Source: Eledone cirrhosa
Lineage: Eukaryota
Reading direction: 5' to 3'
DNA: 64,000 nucleotides
NCBI GenBank assembly: GCA_964016885.1
Contig: OZ024743.1
Span: 272,800,001 to 272,864,000, forward strand
Under the pieces are notes generated by a model, which was not told where the DNA came from, did no database searches, and saw only the letters and a list, made by a program, of their open reading frames with translations. This document shows positions 26,990 to 41,954 of the stretch, one piece after another (within the stretch, counting starts at the first letter, position 1; each line of letters begins with the position of its first letter). Both the position numbers and the translations under genes were made by a program.

Positions 26990-27945
26990 GATGTGTTGAT
27001 AGAGAAGTTAATGTAATTAAAGCACTATATGAGGATTCTTCAGGACAAAAGTGGTAGTTCGACAAGGATGTCTCCTTTTTCCAGTACCTTTCAACATCTT
27101 CCTGGAAAAGACCATGCATGATACTCTCCAAGTCGTCCACACCTCATTTTCCATTGAAGGATGGCCCATTTCCAGCCTGCAATTTTATTATAATGCTAAC
27201 CTGTCAGGAAGCAGTGAATCAGAACTCCAGGAGCTCATTACAAGAATGGGAAAGGTATCAGGGCATATGGTATGGAGATCAGTTCAGAAAGGAGCAAGAT
27301 TCTGATTAACAATAATAATCAAAATACAACAACCAACATCATTCTGAACGGGGGAAAGCTTGAAGAAGTGGACACCTTCAAATACCTAGGACCCACTCTG
27401 ACCAATGATGACAACTATCGAAAGGAGATACTGACAAGTCTCAACCTGAACACTTCTACTATGGGAAAGCTAAACGTCATATGGAAAAGCAACTCCATCA
27501 GTTTTCGAACGAAGCTTAAACTGTACAAGTCCCTGGTGACTTCGATCCCTTTGCATGGGTGTGAGAGTTGAAATCTGACAGCTGAGATGGAATGAAGAAT
27601 CCAGTCATTTGAACCCAGAACAAGCTTTGACAGGCAGGAAGTCAACAAATATGATGGCAGAAAGAAACCACTCCTTGCGAGAGTGAAAAGACGGAGCTTG
27701 TCTGGTATGGTCATATATCCCACCATAACTCCTTGACCAAAACCACCCTTCAGGGCACAGTCGAGGGAGGGCGAGAAAAAAGCAGACCAAGAAAATCCTG
27801 GTTCGACAACATCAAAGACTGAACTGGTCACAAAACCGACACCCTTCTATGCATGATTAACAGTGACAACTGACAACAAAAACATCTAAAGTGACCCCAC
27901 CCCTCACCAAACGATTGGCTGCCCCAGTAGCGAGAACATGATGAT
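26990..27945 (+). mobile_element. RTE-clade LINE, 5'-truncated, decayed RT and C-terminus (family R2)
   Basis: VRQGCLLFPVPFNIFLE, LEEVDTFKYLG, TKLKLYKSLVTSIPLHGCES; ends in ATGATGA. Confidence 0.9.
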
Positions 27946-27956
27946 CAGTTGATATA

Positions 27957-28006
27957 GATATTTTCTGATGGAATCTAATAAGACCCGAAAATGGATTTAG
28001 AGTATT
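27957..28006 (+). ncRNA. Degenerate HHR (A9 lesion)
   Basis: GATATTTT-CTGATGG-AATCT-AATA-AGACCC-GAAA-ATGGAT-T-T-AGAGTATT; 8-bp stem I with wobbles. Confidence 0.5.
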
Positions 28007-28805
28007 TGTTTTTTTTTTTTTCCAATATACACGGAAGTAACTAATTTCGATCTTTTTATACCCACACACACACACACAGATAGACACCCACGCACACACA
28101 CACGCCCACACCCACATTGAGTGAGGAATGCTGGTTGATCAAATAATCCACCGACTTTTGTGTGAGTGTGTGTAATGGTCAGAATAGCAGCACCTTATCG
28201 GAATTATCTTACAAAATCACTCACATTAGTGGTCCGAGCAATATTGATGATACCAGAAAATGTTTAGATTCGTTTGTCGAAGCCACCTCACTAAACATTA
28301 ACTACTTAACTCTGGTTTTGTTTTACTACTTGCTGAGGACATGTTCCTCTTTATTATCGACTTTGGTCTTTTCTTCCCTCTCCTGTCTACATGAAGATTT
28401 CTGTCTCCTTCTGCAGTTCACGTATCACTAACCTGCTATTCATTTTAATTTTAATGCCAGTGGCGCTGCACTTTGATAAAATATCTACAACACCAAGATA
28501 TTCCAACCCCACAAAAATAATATTCACTACCCTACGCATGCTTCATATGACTCCGTTATTCATTTAACATGTCCTGTCTGTATTGCCTTTCTAAAGCACC
28601 CCCAAATTCTGCTATTTGCCATTGCAGTATGATTTGGCAACACGAGTGCTTCTTCACAATCCACGTTTTCCATGTCATTAGTGTTCATTAGAAGACTGAG
28701 TTTTATTTGTGTACCTTTCTCACTCTCCCTGTAGAAAACAAACGATTATAATTTTCTTTTGATTCTCATAATTTTGAAGATGCTGCATTGTTCTGTTTGT
28801 ACACT

Positions 28806-28985
28806 AATTGTTTCTACTTTAGGCACAAAGCCAGCAATCTGAAGGGGCGGGAAAGTCGATTAAATGGACTCCAGTGCATTACTGGTGCTTTATTATATCG
28901 TCCCCGTTAGGATGAAAGGCAAAGCTAACCTCGGTAGGATTTGAACTCAGAACATAAAGAGCCATAACTCTCTGCCACAAAACAC
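28806..28985 (-). mobile_element. SINE family A, long subtype, 5'-truncated
   Basis: Family sequence; TTTGTACACTA is duplicated on both flanks. Confidence 0.85.
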
Positions 28986-31900
28986 TATTTGTACACTACT
29001 AATGCTGTTCAAAATATGGTTATGCAATGAAGTATATTCTGTAAAGGCAATACTTCCATATTGCCATAATATGCTTTACCGATGGATAAACATCACGGCG
29101 ATTAAAATATGTAGAGACTATGACGTCCTTAATATTTGCAAGAAATAGATGTATAACGTACACCAATCTGCAGAAGAATCTAAACCTAGTTGCTCCCTTC
29201 TCCGCAACATGACTGTTATATTCAATCTGTACTCCCTCCTATTGTCCATAGAAGTTTCTTTCTGGGCTTATTGCTTGTAATGTATTATCGGCAGGATGTC
29301 CATTTGTTCAAACCAACTGCTTGTGCTTTTCTATTTTTCTTCCCTCTGAAGGTTTTCTTTGCTCACATCTCACCTACACCTGTTGTATTGACCCACTGGC
29401 CATTTGTTCTGTATCTATTCCAGTTCATGTATTATATACATGTCTGGTTATCTCCTTAATTTCTAGGTGCAATTTCAATCAAAATGTTTTAATCATTCTC
29501 CATTTCATTTATGTCAACAGAACTGTCTGGGCCGAACAACAAATGAGATCCTCAGATTCGTGTAGCGTTATGTACCATACAGTGTTTGCTAAGTTATTCT
29601 CTGGTCTCATAGTTAAAAGCAGTTACAGTTTGGTAGAACTATAAATCCCAATTCAGGTAAAACATGCCTAATTTCCTAGGAACTAGCTAGTATACATTTT
29701 AATTCCCATTACATTCTACAACGGCATCTCAAGATATTTCGGAATGTATAGTAGATGCTTGGCAGAAGGCCATGTTGATAACACCGGGCCTTGAGCGTTT
29801 CTGTAAAAACGAATTGTCAATTAGCAGATAATTCCTCGCCCAAGCAGGCTTTAACTTCAAAACCTCTCGTGGTATTTTAGAATTATTTAGTAGGATTTCG
29901 CAGATACGTCAAGGACATCTCGTGGTCTGTTCCATCACCATTGGGATCTACTCTTGACAATTTTACCAAAACACAGACACCCATATGCGTATGACACACA
30001 AACACACATATGTAGTGTGATTCTGTGTTTGCTCATTGCATGTAAGTGTGTTTATATATAATGTATATAAATGCCACAACAAAACTTTACTTATTGAATT
30101 TTTTCCTTTTTAGAGTTAGAACTACGTAGGTCATTCTAAACACTCTTCACACACACACACACTCTTCACACACACACACACACACACACACACGTACACG
30201 CTCACACACGTACACGCACATGGCTACATGATATACTGATTTGTATATCAATCTAAATAACCCTGCACATTTTTCTCTCCCATGACTTAGGAAATCGGCA
30301 GCAGCAATAAGCTTTTTCAGGTCCCGCTAGACTGGTTGACGCAAAGGAGGAAGTCATCACTAGTCGGAATACCTGATACCATTGCTCGTAATAGTACGCA
30401 CTGCTAAAGTTATCTAGAGCCGGGACCTGGGAATTTAGTTCTCTAGTCAAGCCCTGCTGCGTACCCACTCTTCTCTTTGTGCGCCCCATACTCCCAAACA
30501 TAATGTCAAAATTGCTCTGACAAAACTAACTAAAAAAATGATTAAGTTTTTTTCAACACAGTCCCCAATTACACAGGTCTAATAATGTTAACATTCATAA
30601 AAACCTAAGACACTCACCACAGTTTTAGCTCCACAACGCTGATAAGTAGCCAAGATGTTTAGTGTTATGTTTATTTATTGCACAAAATTATTGTATATTT
30701 AATTTACTTATACACATTTAAAGCTCAGTGATGCGTCCCTCTGAGGTCCGTGCTCTATTATATATAAAAGCAGGGTTGGCCAATATATCACCTAAGATGA
30801 TGGGCGTTAAACCGAGCGTTGGTTTAACTCTACAAACCAAGGACAGACCCGGTTCAATAAACCGGCTCCCCTAATTTTCGCTTATCAAATGTCACTGAGA
30901 CACATTCGATCGACCCAAAGCTATGATAGTTGAAACGTGGCCAAAGTGCCACGCAGTGTGATTGAACCTGAAACAACATAGTTTCAAAGCTAACTTTTAA
31001 TTTTTAGCTGAGAGTCATGTCTGTTAGATGCATGAGAAATGTGTGTATGCGTATCTTTTTGAATGTATGTGCGTATTTGTGTATGAGATAGTTTTGTTGC
31101 TAAGCAAAGAATGGAACCGTTCCCTTCGTCATGAATGTTGTCGCTGTCCACCAGAGCTGGTAGCGTGTAAGCAAGTCAGCTGACGGAAGTCGGACCGACC
31201 TGAAGCACGCAGTTAAAGCGCATGTTGGTATGAGAGATTGTTGCTTGGAGAGGCTGGTTGTTTTTAGTGGCTGTTATACCAGTCAGTATATATACAACAA
31301 GCACGCCGCATTCTATCTGCTAAACATACCTGCCTTATTCCTAGCGATCCAGCTAGAGTGGAATAACACAGAAACGAGGATCATATTTATTTTTTCTTTC
31401 TCGATAAAGTAAGGATCTAAGATTTATTATTTATAATTACTTATATTTATTATTTCTGCACAAGAGTGTGTGTTTGTGTGTACACGTCTATCTATGCCTA
31501 TGTATGTGTATGTGTTTATGTATCTACATATGTGCGTGTATCTGTTTACATCAGCATATATATATATGCACATGTGTATATATATATGCATATATGTTTG
31601 GGTGTGTGTGCAAGTATATGTGCATGCGTGTCAATGTGCATGCATATATATATGCGTATATACAATCACGCAAATGGAATTATATTTATATATAACACCA
31701 TCTGTAGGATTCTCATAAACAAAGTTGGTACAAAAAAAGAGAAAAGAAAAATGTTCGAATTTCCATTGTTACCTTTTTATTTATTTTTCTTTCTATATAA
31801 ATTCATATGTGTATGTGTGTTCGTGATTATTTGTGGATCTATATGTATAAATACACACACAGAGTTACATATGTATATAACTTATTGTTGTTATTATCGT

Positions 31901-32997
31901 TACTATTAAACGGGCGTGGTGTCGGCTGAATCATTAGACCACGCCGCATTATGCTTAGAGGTTTTTTTTGTTCGATCTTTACATTCAGAGTTCAAATCCA
32001 GCGGAGGTTGACAAAAAAAAAATACCAGGAAAATACTGCTGTCGGTGTATGCCTTAAGTAGAAATTATTATTTAAAGTTATTTTGTTCCTTCATCAAATA
32101 CATTATAGCCTCTGCATAGTCATTCGGTACGCTAGAAAAGGCAGTTAAATTACACTCATATCAAATCTTACCATCTTAGAAATACGGAAGGGTACATTGA
32201 ATAGTATAATCCCAATGCCCGAAAAAATATAATAAACAGAATGGGCACAGATGGAAATCCTTTGACCATAACTTACTTCGGTTAGTGCTGATCTATGACG
32301 ATTACAACGACTATAACACACGTACATACTTTCTGTCATTCATATATATATATATACTCTCTCTCACTACACTGTATATGTGCTCGTGTCCGTGACTGTT
32401 TTTTATATTTACTGTTTGTTTGTGTCCCGTAACTGAGTAGTTCGACAAACAGAGGTTGATAAGATAAGTGCCAGGCCCGAAGGAAATGAATACTGAGGTC
32501 GTTGGTATGATCGACTAAATCCCTTCATTGCAGTACACCAGCATTACAGTAGTTTAATGACTGAAACAAAACAAAAAAAAACTGAAAACAAGATAATAAA
32601 CTTTTTCTCTCATACATATTTACATTCATAAATCCATACATACGCACGCATACACACGCACACATACTTATGCACATATACACACGCACACATACACATG
32701 CACACATACATACGCATACATACACACACGCATACATACACACACGCATACATACACAGCCGCATATACACACGCACGCACGCATACACACGCACACATA
32801 CATACTCACACACACACACACAACATTCAGACATACATACACACATTTATACACATATGCACTAGATCTTATTTTCACACGTTATATCACATACTTTCTC
32901 TTTCCTTCTTTCTCCCCCTCCCTCTCTCACACCTTGAACACATCTGTTAATCAATCCGTATATTTACAGTTTATATATATTAACCGAAAGTTTTAAT

Positions 32998-33537
32998 AAT
33001 TGTTTCTACTTGTTGGCACAAGGCCAGCAATTACCCCAGTGCATTACTGGTGCTTTATTTCATTGACCACGTAAGGACGAATGGTAAAGTTAACCTCGGC
33101 GGGATATGAACTCAGAACTTGAAGGGCCATAACTCTATGCCGCAAATCATGGTGTCTGACGCTCCACCGATACTGCCAATCAACCGCCCTTACTGCCAAT
33201 CCACCGAAAGTTTTAATAATGATTTCTAGGAGAGGCCAGTAATTTGGGGCAGGGGAAAGTCGATTACATAAACTCCAGTACATTACTGGTGCTTTATTTT
33301 ATCCATCCCTTAAGGGTGAATGGTAAAGTTAACCTCGGTGGGATTTGAACTCATAACTCAAAGGGCCATAACTCTATGCTGAAAACCATGGAGTCTGACG
33401 CTCTACCGATACTGCCAATCCACCGAAAGTTTTAATATGTTAGCAGTTGGCATTATAGTAAATTCACTGGGGTTGATTTAATCGATTTTCTCCTCCTCAC
33501 AGATTGCTGGCCTTGTGCCTATAGTAGAAATCATTAT
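32998..33537 (-). mobile_element. Stack of SINE family A copies: 32998-33205 (-), 33218-33425 (-), ~33455-33537 (+, 3' part)
   Basis: Family sequence; ACCGAAAGTTTTAATA is present at 32983, 33203 and 33422. Confidence 0.9.
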
Positions 33538-33549
33538 CACGAGTCGAAC

Positions 33550-34000
33550 GTTGTTACAGTAGAAAGGAGTCCATTGGTAGGACTACAGTGGAAAGGGTGC
33601 AGTGGTAAGGTTAGAATGAAAGGATTACAATGGTTAGTTTACAGTTGAAGGGTTACATTTGATGGGTTACACGGGAGGGATAAACGGTTGTAGGATCACA
33701 ATGGTGAGGTTAACGTGGAAGTGTTACAATGGTGAGGTTACATTCTAAGGGTTAATGTGGGAGAGTTACAGAGGAAGGGGTCCATTGGTAGAGTTAGAGT
33801 GGTAGGTTACAATTTAAGGGTTTCCAGTAGTAGGGTTTCAGTGGTAGAGGTACTCTAGTATATTTACAATGGTGGGTTTATAGTGGTATAGTTACTGTGG
33901 TAAGGTTACAGGAGAAGGGTTACAGTATTAGGATTAGTGTGGTAGGGGTACAGTTACATGGTTACAGTAGAGGTGTTACTGTGGGATACATACAGGACAA
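33550..34000. repeat. Degenerate ~18-20-bp G/T-rich minisatellite (GGGTTACAGTGGTA-like)
   Basis: More than 20 variant units containing GGTTACA. Confidence 0.75.
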
Positions 34001-34217
34001 GGATTAGAGAAAGCACACTGTTGCACTACTTACAATCATTTCTTTATCCCGGCATATATATATATATGAACCGGAAAATGATATATATATATATATATAA
34101 AGCGGACAATTATATATATATATATATATATATATAACATTAATCGGTTCATTATCATCGGCATAGATTGAACAAGTTGGTCCTTAGGGCTAACGAAGCG
34201 TACATACCTGGCATGGT

Positions 34218-34271
<54 letters not shown>

Positions 34272-34820
34272 CGACTATTATGAGCATTCGCATTGGGACA
34301 TACAGATTTCAATGTTTTCAAGTCAACCGCTTTATTTATACACCTCTAGGCACAGGTTTAATGTCTTCGAAGAAATACGGACTTGGTTTCCAGTGGTTCT
34401 TTAAACTACGACAGTAACAACAACGATAGCTTTGTTTAGAATATAGTGTTTATGTATGTTCTTCAAAGAAATCAGAGAATACCTGATATTTAGTGTGATA
34501 GAACTCTGTATATTTATTACATACTAAGATTCAAGTCCTCTTTGGTAATGCCTGAGAATGTGTTTACACGTGGAAAGCTCCATACCCAGTCAGAAGCCTA
34601 CGGATGTTCAAGAAAAAAAATGTATCCGGTACGATTCAACCCAATTTTGCCCATCTAAATGGAGTGTAGAAACGTGAAATAAAGTGTCTTGATCAAGGAC
34701 AGAAAGTGGCGTCTTCTTTATGAATCGAACTTAAGGACTAATGAGCGTGAGACTAACATCATAACGCTCAAAACACGCGCGTTCATATTACAGGCAATAA
34801 CACAGTTAATATGTGGTAGT

Positions 34821-34985
34821 GGGCGCAGCATGGATAGATAGTTACAAAGCTCGCTTCGTAATCCTTTGGTCCCGGATTCGATCCATCTGTGCGGCATTTG
34901 GGCAATGTCATGTACCATAGACTCGTGTCGACCCAAGCTTTGTGGATGAAATTGAGTAGACGGAAATTGTTTAGAAGCCCGTCGG
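34821..34985 (+). mobile_element. tRNA-type SINE family B; further copies at ~37485-37642 (+), 36382-36460 (-), 30880-31000 (-), 43290-43390 (+)
   Basis: GGATTCGATCC box B, then TTGGGCAA.TGTC..., CCAAGCTTTGTG..GTAGACGGAAA..GAAGCCCGTCG, shared among copies. Confidence 0.7.
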
Positions 34986-35345
34986 ACGGACTGTATCTTT
35001 AATTCAACGGGTCAATCTTAACTCGCATACGATTAGGCTGCACGTGCCTGTGGAAAGCTCTGTAATTTACACATTAATTCAGTGGCAGGCTGTTTCGTTG
35101 TTCGAATAACTAGAACACCTATCGTCGAATCTGACGTAGGTCCATTAATATTAACATAAATTAATATTAACATAATAGTTTGGAAAATGGTGCCGGTGAT
35201 CAGGTTGTAGACATAAAGTAAACAGAAGAAATATTTCAAATTCTAGTTAATTTTACTTCACCAATGAGTAGTAAACGGAAATAGGGTGAACATGATAAAA
35301 AATCGTCGCTTTGCATCTTGTCAGAGATCACTTTGAGTATATAGA

Positions 35346-35503
<158 letters not shown>

Positions 35504-35770
35504 ATATTGATGCACACACAGAGATAAAATGATTAACATCATCACTTAACATTCGTAGAAGTTTGTTTACATCAGTACGTTTGTAAACATTAGCAGCAGG
35601 CCACATACATCGACTTCGACACACACACATGGTCGTTATATAGAACTACGTAATGACAATTATAAACATTCGCATTCGTATGTACACAAATAATAAAAAC
35701 AAGCACAAATATACTTTCTCTCTCTCTCTTTTATTTATCTATTTATCTTTATCAGTTGATATATTTATTA

Positions 35771-35901
35771 AGCTATACGTCTTAATTTATAATGAAATAT
35801 TTGTGCAAATGTAAAGTATTAATTATTTCAGAAATTATACGCATTCTACATACCTATATATTGAGTTCTTCCTTATTCTTGTAACCTTCTCGTAAAATAA
35901 A
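35771..35901 (+). repeat. ~120-bp AT-rich segment duplicated at 58931-59047
   Basis: GCAAATGTAAAGTATTAATTATTT..TATACGCATTCTA..GTTCTTCC..TGTAAC.TTCTCGTAAAATAAA occurs in both; each is preceded by (CT)n. Confidence 0.8.
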
Positions 35902-38900
35902 GAATTTTTTGTATATATATATATATTTATATATATCTATTTCTCTCCTTCCTCTCACAATGTTCTATTTTATATACATTATATCAAGCGTATTTGAAAA
36001 ATAAGCCCTCGGTACATGCTGACTACTATCATCGTTTGATTACTTGTTGATATGAAATAAATTTCTCATCATAGATAAACTTTCTTTTTTTTCCTCCCAA
36101 CGATTTGTGTATCCAACACAGTAAGAAATAATAGTATTTACGATACATCATATAGTTATTTATCCTTTTCGCAAAGCTCATGGCTTTGATAGTGCCTATG
36201 CTTATTTTAACATTAGATTGTATGACGTTGGGGCTCCGTCCGTTTCGACGATGTGTAATCCAGCCTGAAAGCGCCTGCTCATGAATATAACGTAAGAACC
36301 TGTATCCTTATCGTAAATCTCAGGCAGATTTAGTGTGGTACAGTGTGTGTGTCGAAGCTGACCCTTTGAGTACAGTCATCTATCGGGCTTTCAGTTTCCG
36401 TGTATCCAATTTTACTCACAAGGCATGGGTCGACTCGCAGATATGGTAAATTATACATTCCCATGACCTAATTGCGAACTACTTCTTAACCTTTCAACCA
36501 GTCTGTAAGCATCATGTAGCCGATAAATAGATTTGATGGTCATTTACAGATAAGATATCTGAGAGGACCAGGTGAGTTAGTCGCACAAAATAACAACATC
36601 TCTAGTAGATTTGAGCCTGAAACTCACGGAGCTAGAAGTTCAATACTATTTGACTTCGATTAGCAGGTATAAATAATGTTAGTTTTATAGGAGATCGATA
36701 AATCGATAAGTATCTAAATAGCGACTTTCGATTAAACTCAATGACAATTTTCAAAGAATGATGTGAGAGCCGGTTGAATGGGTCCAATAAATGGTGTATA
36801 TTTTATTGACCGCGGCGTGGTTGAAATCGAAAGTTCAACCTCAGTAGGAGTCAAACTGTGTATTCAATAGTATGGAAGTAAATTAAATACTTTAAATCAT
36901 TTAATGAAGTATAATTTTTACTGACACATGACTTAAATTAATAAGTTCCTTCGTAGTCTTTCGTCTTGCGAGAAGTATAAACAAAACGCTCCATGAATTT
37001 CGCTCTATGCAATGGCACTTTTTCCTATCCCATAAAATCGGTTGTTTTATGAATGTTAAGAAGTGGGTAATATCTAACAGGGGCATAGAAATATTCTTTA
37101 ATGGGGTTCAGATACATACAAATTTGTTGGATCATTACCTTTTGTCTGTATGTTGCCGTATTGAACACCCACCGATTCTGACGACGAGGTTTCCAGTTGT
37201 TTGATTATCGGAACAGCCCGTTCGTAATATTGACGTTTAACTATGTAGCTTGTCAATCCATAGAAACGTGTACTCTTAACGCAATTCTCAGGGAGATTCA
37301 GCGTTACAGAATCTGTGATAAGGCTGATCCTTGTTACAACTTGCTTTTTCGAGATAAGCGGAATGGCTCAACATGAAATAAAATTTCTCAAAGACACAAA
37401 ATGTTATCGGGAATCGAACTCACACTCTTATAATCTCAAGTCAAACACTCTAACCCCGACGCCGTGCACCTTCACATGTTTACTGACATGGTTGAGTGGT
37501 TAAACAGTTGCGTTTGTAAACATGGGGTTCCAAGTTCGATTCCACTGTGCGGCACTTTGGGCAAGTGTTTTTACCCTACCTAGGGTCTACCGAAGTCTTG
37601 ACAGTGAAATTGGGTAAAGGAACAGTGTGAAAAATCGTCGGATGGGATGTAATTGTGATTCAGTGGTCCAGCTTTGACACGTATTGTGTCATGTTAGAGG
37701 CACAAGTGTCTGTGAAATATCCAACCACTTAACACGTTAATTTTACAAGCTGGATGTTCTCTTGATTACACTACTTAATGGTTATCACTGAAATAAATGA
37801 AGGTATCAGCGTATATGTGTAAACTTGAGAAACAACTTGACACTCATATTTTATAGTAAGTTTCTAATGTCTCCCACAAAATTTTACGTGATATATTCTG
37901 GTAAAATTAATGAACTATGCATCAGTAGTATATCCGTATTTCTTTCGTAAAAAAAGACTAAAGAAAACATAAATAAAAAATGCCGGGAAGAAATCTTCAT
38001 ACCTCAGCGTAAAAACATAATAGTAATGAAAATACGCACACGCCCTCTCTTAAAAAGCTCTCTCACACACTCATATACACAAGCATACCGTGCGCGCGCA
38101 AGTACAGTCATAAACACAGAACAGCTGATGTTATTTAATGACTATGAACCACATTTTCAAACGAATTAAAGAATATAAAAAAAAAAAAAAAGCCACCAAA
38201 ACAAACAAGAAAAACACACGTACAGTAGCAGAATGTAAAAGTCAAATAAATTGAATGTAGCAATAGTTTTTATATATATTTTTATCTACACACAGACAAG
38301 ATAAAAGACGAAACACGAAGCAAAGCAAAATAAACGCAGATACATACATACACACATACGCTTAGATACACGTATGTGTTACTGATTCTTCCAATATCTA
38401 ATCAAGAGTTTATGGTGTTGATTAGCCTCAAGTGAGCATTCATTGAACTGCCTTAAGATTAATGGTCTGGCTGCTATTATCACTACGCTTTCTATTTTGG
38501 CACAGCTTAACAGTCACCACCTTATCCAATCAATGTTTTATTCTGCTATTTCGGGGGAAGTTCGGCTGTCATTTCTAACAAACCGAACATCCATTGAAAG
38601 CGCGCACACACATACACATACACACACGCACACACATACACATACACACACGCACACATACACACACCGCTTAATGAATAAATAAATAAATACATATATA
38701 CGCATACATAGATAGATACGATGCTTGTGTGTATGTTTGTGCGATGTCAGCCAGTATGATTACCTGTTGGTCGCTACACCTGGTGTACACTGAAGGTGAA
38801 TCTCAGGTAAGAAAAATCGTTATTACTGGCGTATTGTTAGTAGAGTAAAAACATCGCAATGCAACAGATTTTCTCCCCGTCCTTCCTATATTTGACTGTC

Positions 38901-38905
38901 ACTCA

Positions 38906-38959
<54 letters not shown>

Positions 38960-39294
38960 ATCTCTTAATCCCTGTCAACCACACATTAATTCATTCCGGT
39001 AGCCTATTACGCTTTTTCTAATATCTGCCGATCTGTCTATCAACACACACGCATACACACATACATACACATATACATACACGCAAACATACATACACAC
39101 ATACAAACAAGAATACATACACACACACATACATACATATAAATAAAACAGTTCTAGTCCTGTAGAAGTCATTTCTACATCAAATAACTAGGCATCTTCT
39201 CCGCCAATGTATTGAGTAGTTTACTTAACTGTGGTTCCTTCCTGATATTCCTCGGAAAACCGTTCTTAATTATATATATGATTAAGAATGGTTT

Positions 39295-39964
<670 letters not shown>

Positions 39965-40509
39965 TTAACGATTTAGTCGTTAACATAGACCCCCCCAGTA
40001 TCAAATCTGCTACTGTATGTATATATATATATGTGTGTGTGTGTGTGTGCATGTCTGGCTTCGATAGACTTTAAATAAATACATTTACACTGATTCGTAA
40101 AACATTCTCGATTTGGAAAGCTTGAATATCCAATATACCTATCTAACTAGCTATTTATCAATATCTGCCTGCCTGCCTAAATATATATATATATTTATTA
40201 CAAATCAAAGTTTTACGCAAATAATTTCTACTTTCACCTGTATATGGGGTCTTCGTGATTGCATAGCGGACTGCTTAACCACACAGAGTTTCTATACATA
40301 CGTGTATCTAACTTTTGTTATCAAAAAAAAATTTTGGTTTTTAATGTTTCTTTCAATTTTACTTTGTTTTGTCGTTGTTTGTTTATCTATTTAGTGAGTT
40401 AAAGCTGTTTCTGTTTCAGGTGAAAATAGTTGTTTGCTTTAACTGTGCAAAATATGGGTTGTTTATTTCCTTATTTCTGTTATCTTTCAGCATTCATAAT
40501 AATAAAAAA

Positions 40510-41012
40510 ACTGTTTCTACTTTTGGCACAAGGCCAGTAATTATCCCAGTGCATTACTGGTACTTTATTTTATCGACCCGATAAGGTTGAAAGGTTAACT
40601 TTGCCTTCGGGGAATTGGCAGTATCGGTAGAGGGTCGGACGCCATGCTTTCCAGCATATAGTTACGTCCCTTTACGGTCTTAGTTCAAATTCTGCCGAGG
40701 TTAAATTTGGCTTTTTATCCTTACGGGGTCGATGAAATAAAGTACCAGTCACGTACTGGGGTCAATTTAATCGGATTTTCCCTCCCCTAAAATTGCTGGC
40801 CTTGTGCCTATATAAGAAACCATTATTATTGGCAGTATCGGTAGAGGGTCGGGCGCCATGCTTTGAAGCATAGAGTTACCTCCCTTTATGATCTGAGTTC
40901 AAATCCCGCCGAGGTTAACTTTGCCTTTCATCCTTACGGGGTCGATAAAATAAAGTACCAGTAATGCACTGGGATAATTGCTGGCCTGGTGCCAAAAGTA
41001 GAAACAATTATT
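40510..41012 (+). mobile_element. SINE family A cluster: inverted 3' half (40510-40593, -), then two + copies (~40612-40825 long, ~40828-41012 short)
   Basis: Family sequence in both orientations. Confidence 0.9.
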
Positions 41013-41358
41013 AGTATGAATGCTAAAAGTTAGCAGAAATAACGAAACAAACAACACGGTACAATGAAGAACAGTCTTAACGTTTCGCGTGCTAGTGTTT
41101 CATCAGACAATAGGATGAAAATTTAATGAAAAATTGAAAGATAGAGGAGAGTGGGCAATGGCAGAAATGAAAAAAAAGTCTTCTTGAAGAAAAAGCAGGC
41201 CTCTTTTGATTTGGGCATTTGTATTTACTACTACTACCACTACTACTACTACTACTACTTCTACTGTATGTACATATATATGTGTGTATATATGTATATG
41301 TATGTATACATATATATATATATGTGTATATAGATATGTATATATATATATATAGACA

Positions 41359-41781
41359 TCTATATATATAAACTTGTAGTTACTGTCTGTCTGTTTGTTT
41401 GTTTGTTTGTTTGGCTGGTTGTTTGTTCACGAACTCCTCCTATGGTTTTCGAGATAGAGCCCCATCACCATGTATATTCTGAAACGACATTGCCCAGGGT
41501 ACTTGGATAAGTATATTTCATTTTAATCCAAGGATTCTCCGGGGGCACAAACCTCCGCTGAAAATATTTTCCCTTCGATTTATATGAAATTTAAACCATA
41601 GGTAAATGACAAGATATGATGCCTATTCACAAAATTTCAGCAAATTTCAATTATATTAAGACACCCTAATGGAGATTATCTCCATAAATTATATCACTGA
41701 TTTAAAATCAATCATCATTTTCTTACAAAAAAAAAAAAAAAAAATATGTGAAACGCAACCAGGCGCCGCTAATTCGGTTAG
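41359..41781 (+). mobile_element. Non-autonomous Helitron-like element
   Basis: A|TCTATATATATAAA start, internal (GTYT)n tract, GC-rich subterminal segment, ends TTAG|T, no TSD. Confidence 0.55.
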
Positions 41782-41866
41782 TATATATATAAGTTTAAAA
41801 TAAATAGAAGTGAAATCCAACAGGAGAGTGTTTTTATTGGCTGAATGACCCTCCCAAAGTATAACA

Positions 41867-41902
<36 letters not shown>

Positions 41903-41954
41903 GTATATATATATAATTGTTTCTACTTTTGGCACAAGATATATATAATGATGG

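Noticed and set aside
28300-30700. Apparently unique, somewhat coding-like stretch (possible old DNA transposon)
   Set aside because: No recognisable motif or sustained ORF by eye.
33550-34000. Regular repeats suggestive of CRISPR or telomeric arrays
   Set aside because: Eukaryotic context, no unique spacers or cas genes, units too degenerate and not TTAGGG.
38760-38815. CAG|GTAAG splice-donor-like site
   Set aside because: No supportable exon or partner acceptor; such motifs arise by chance.
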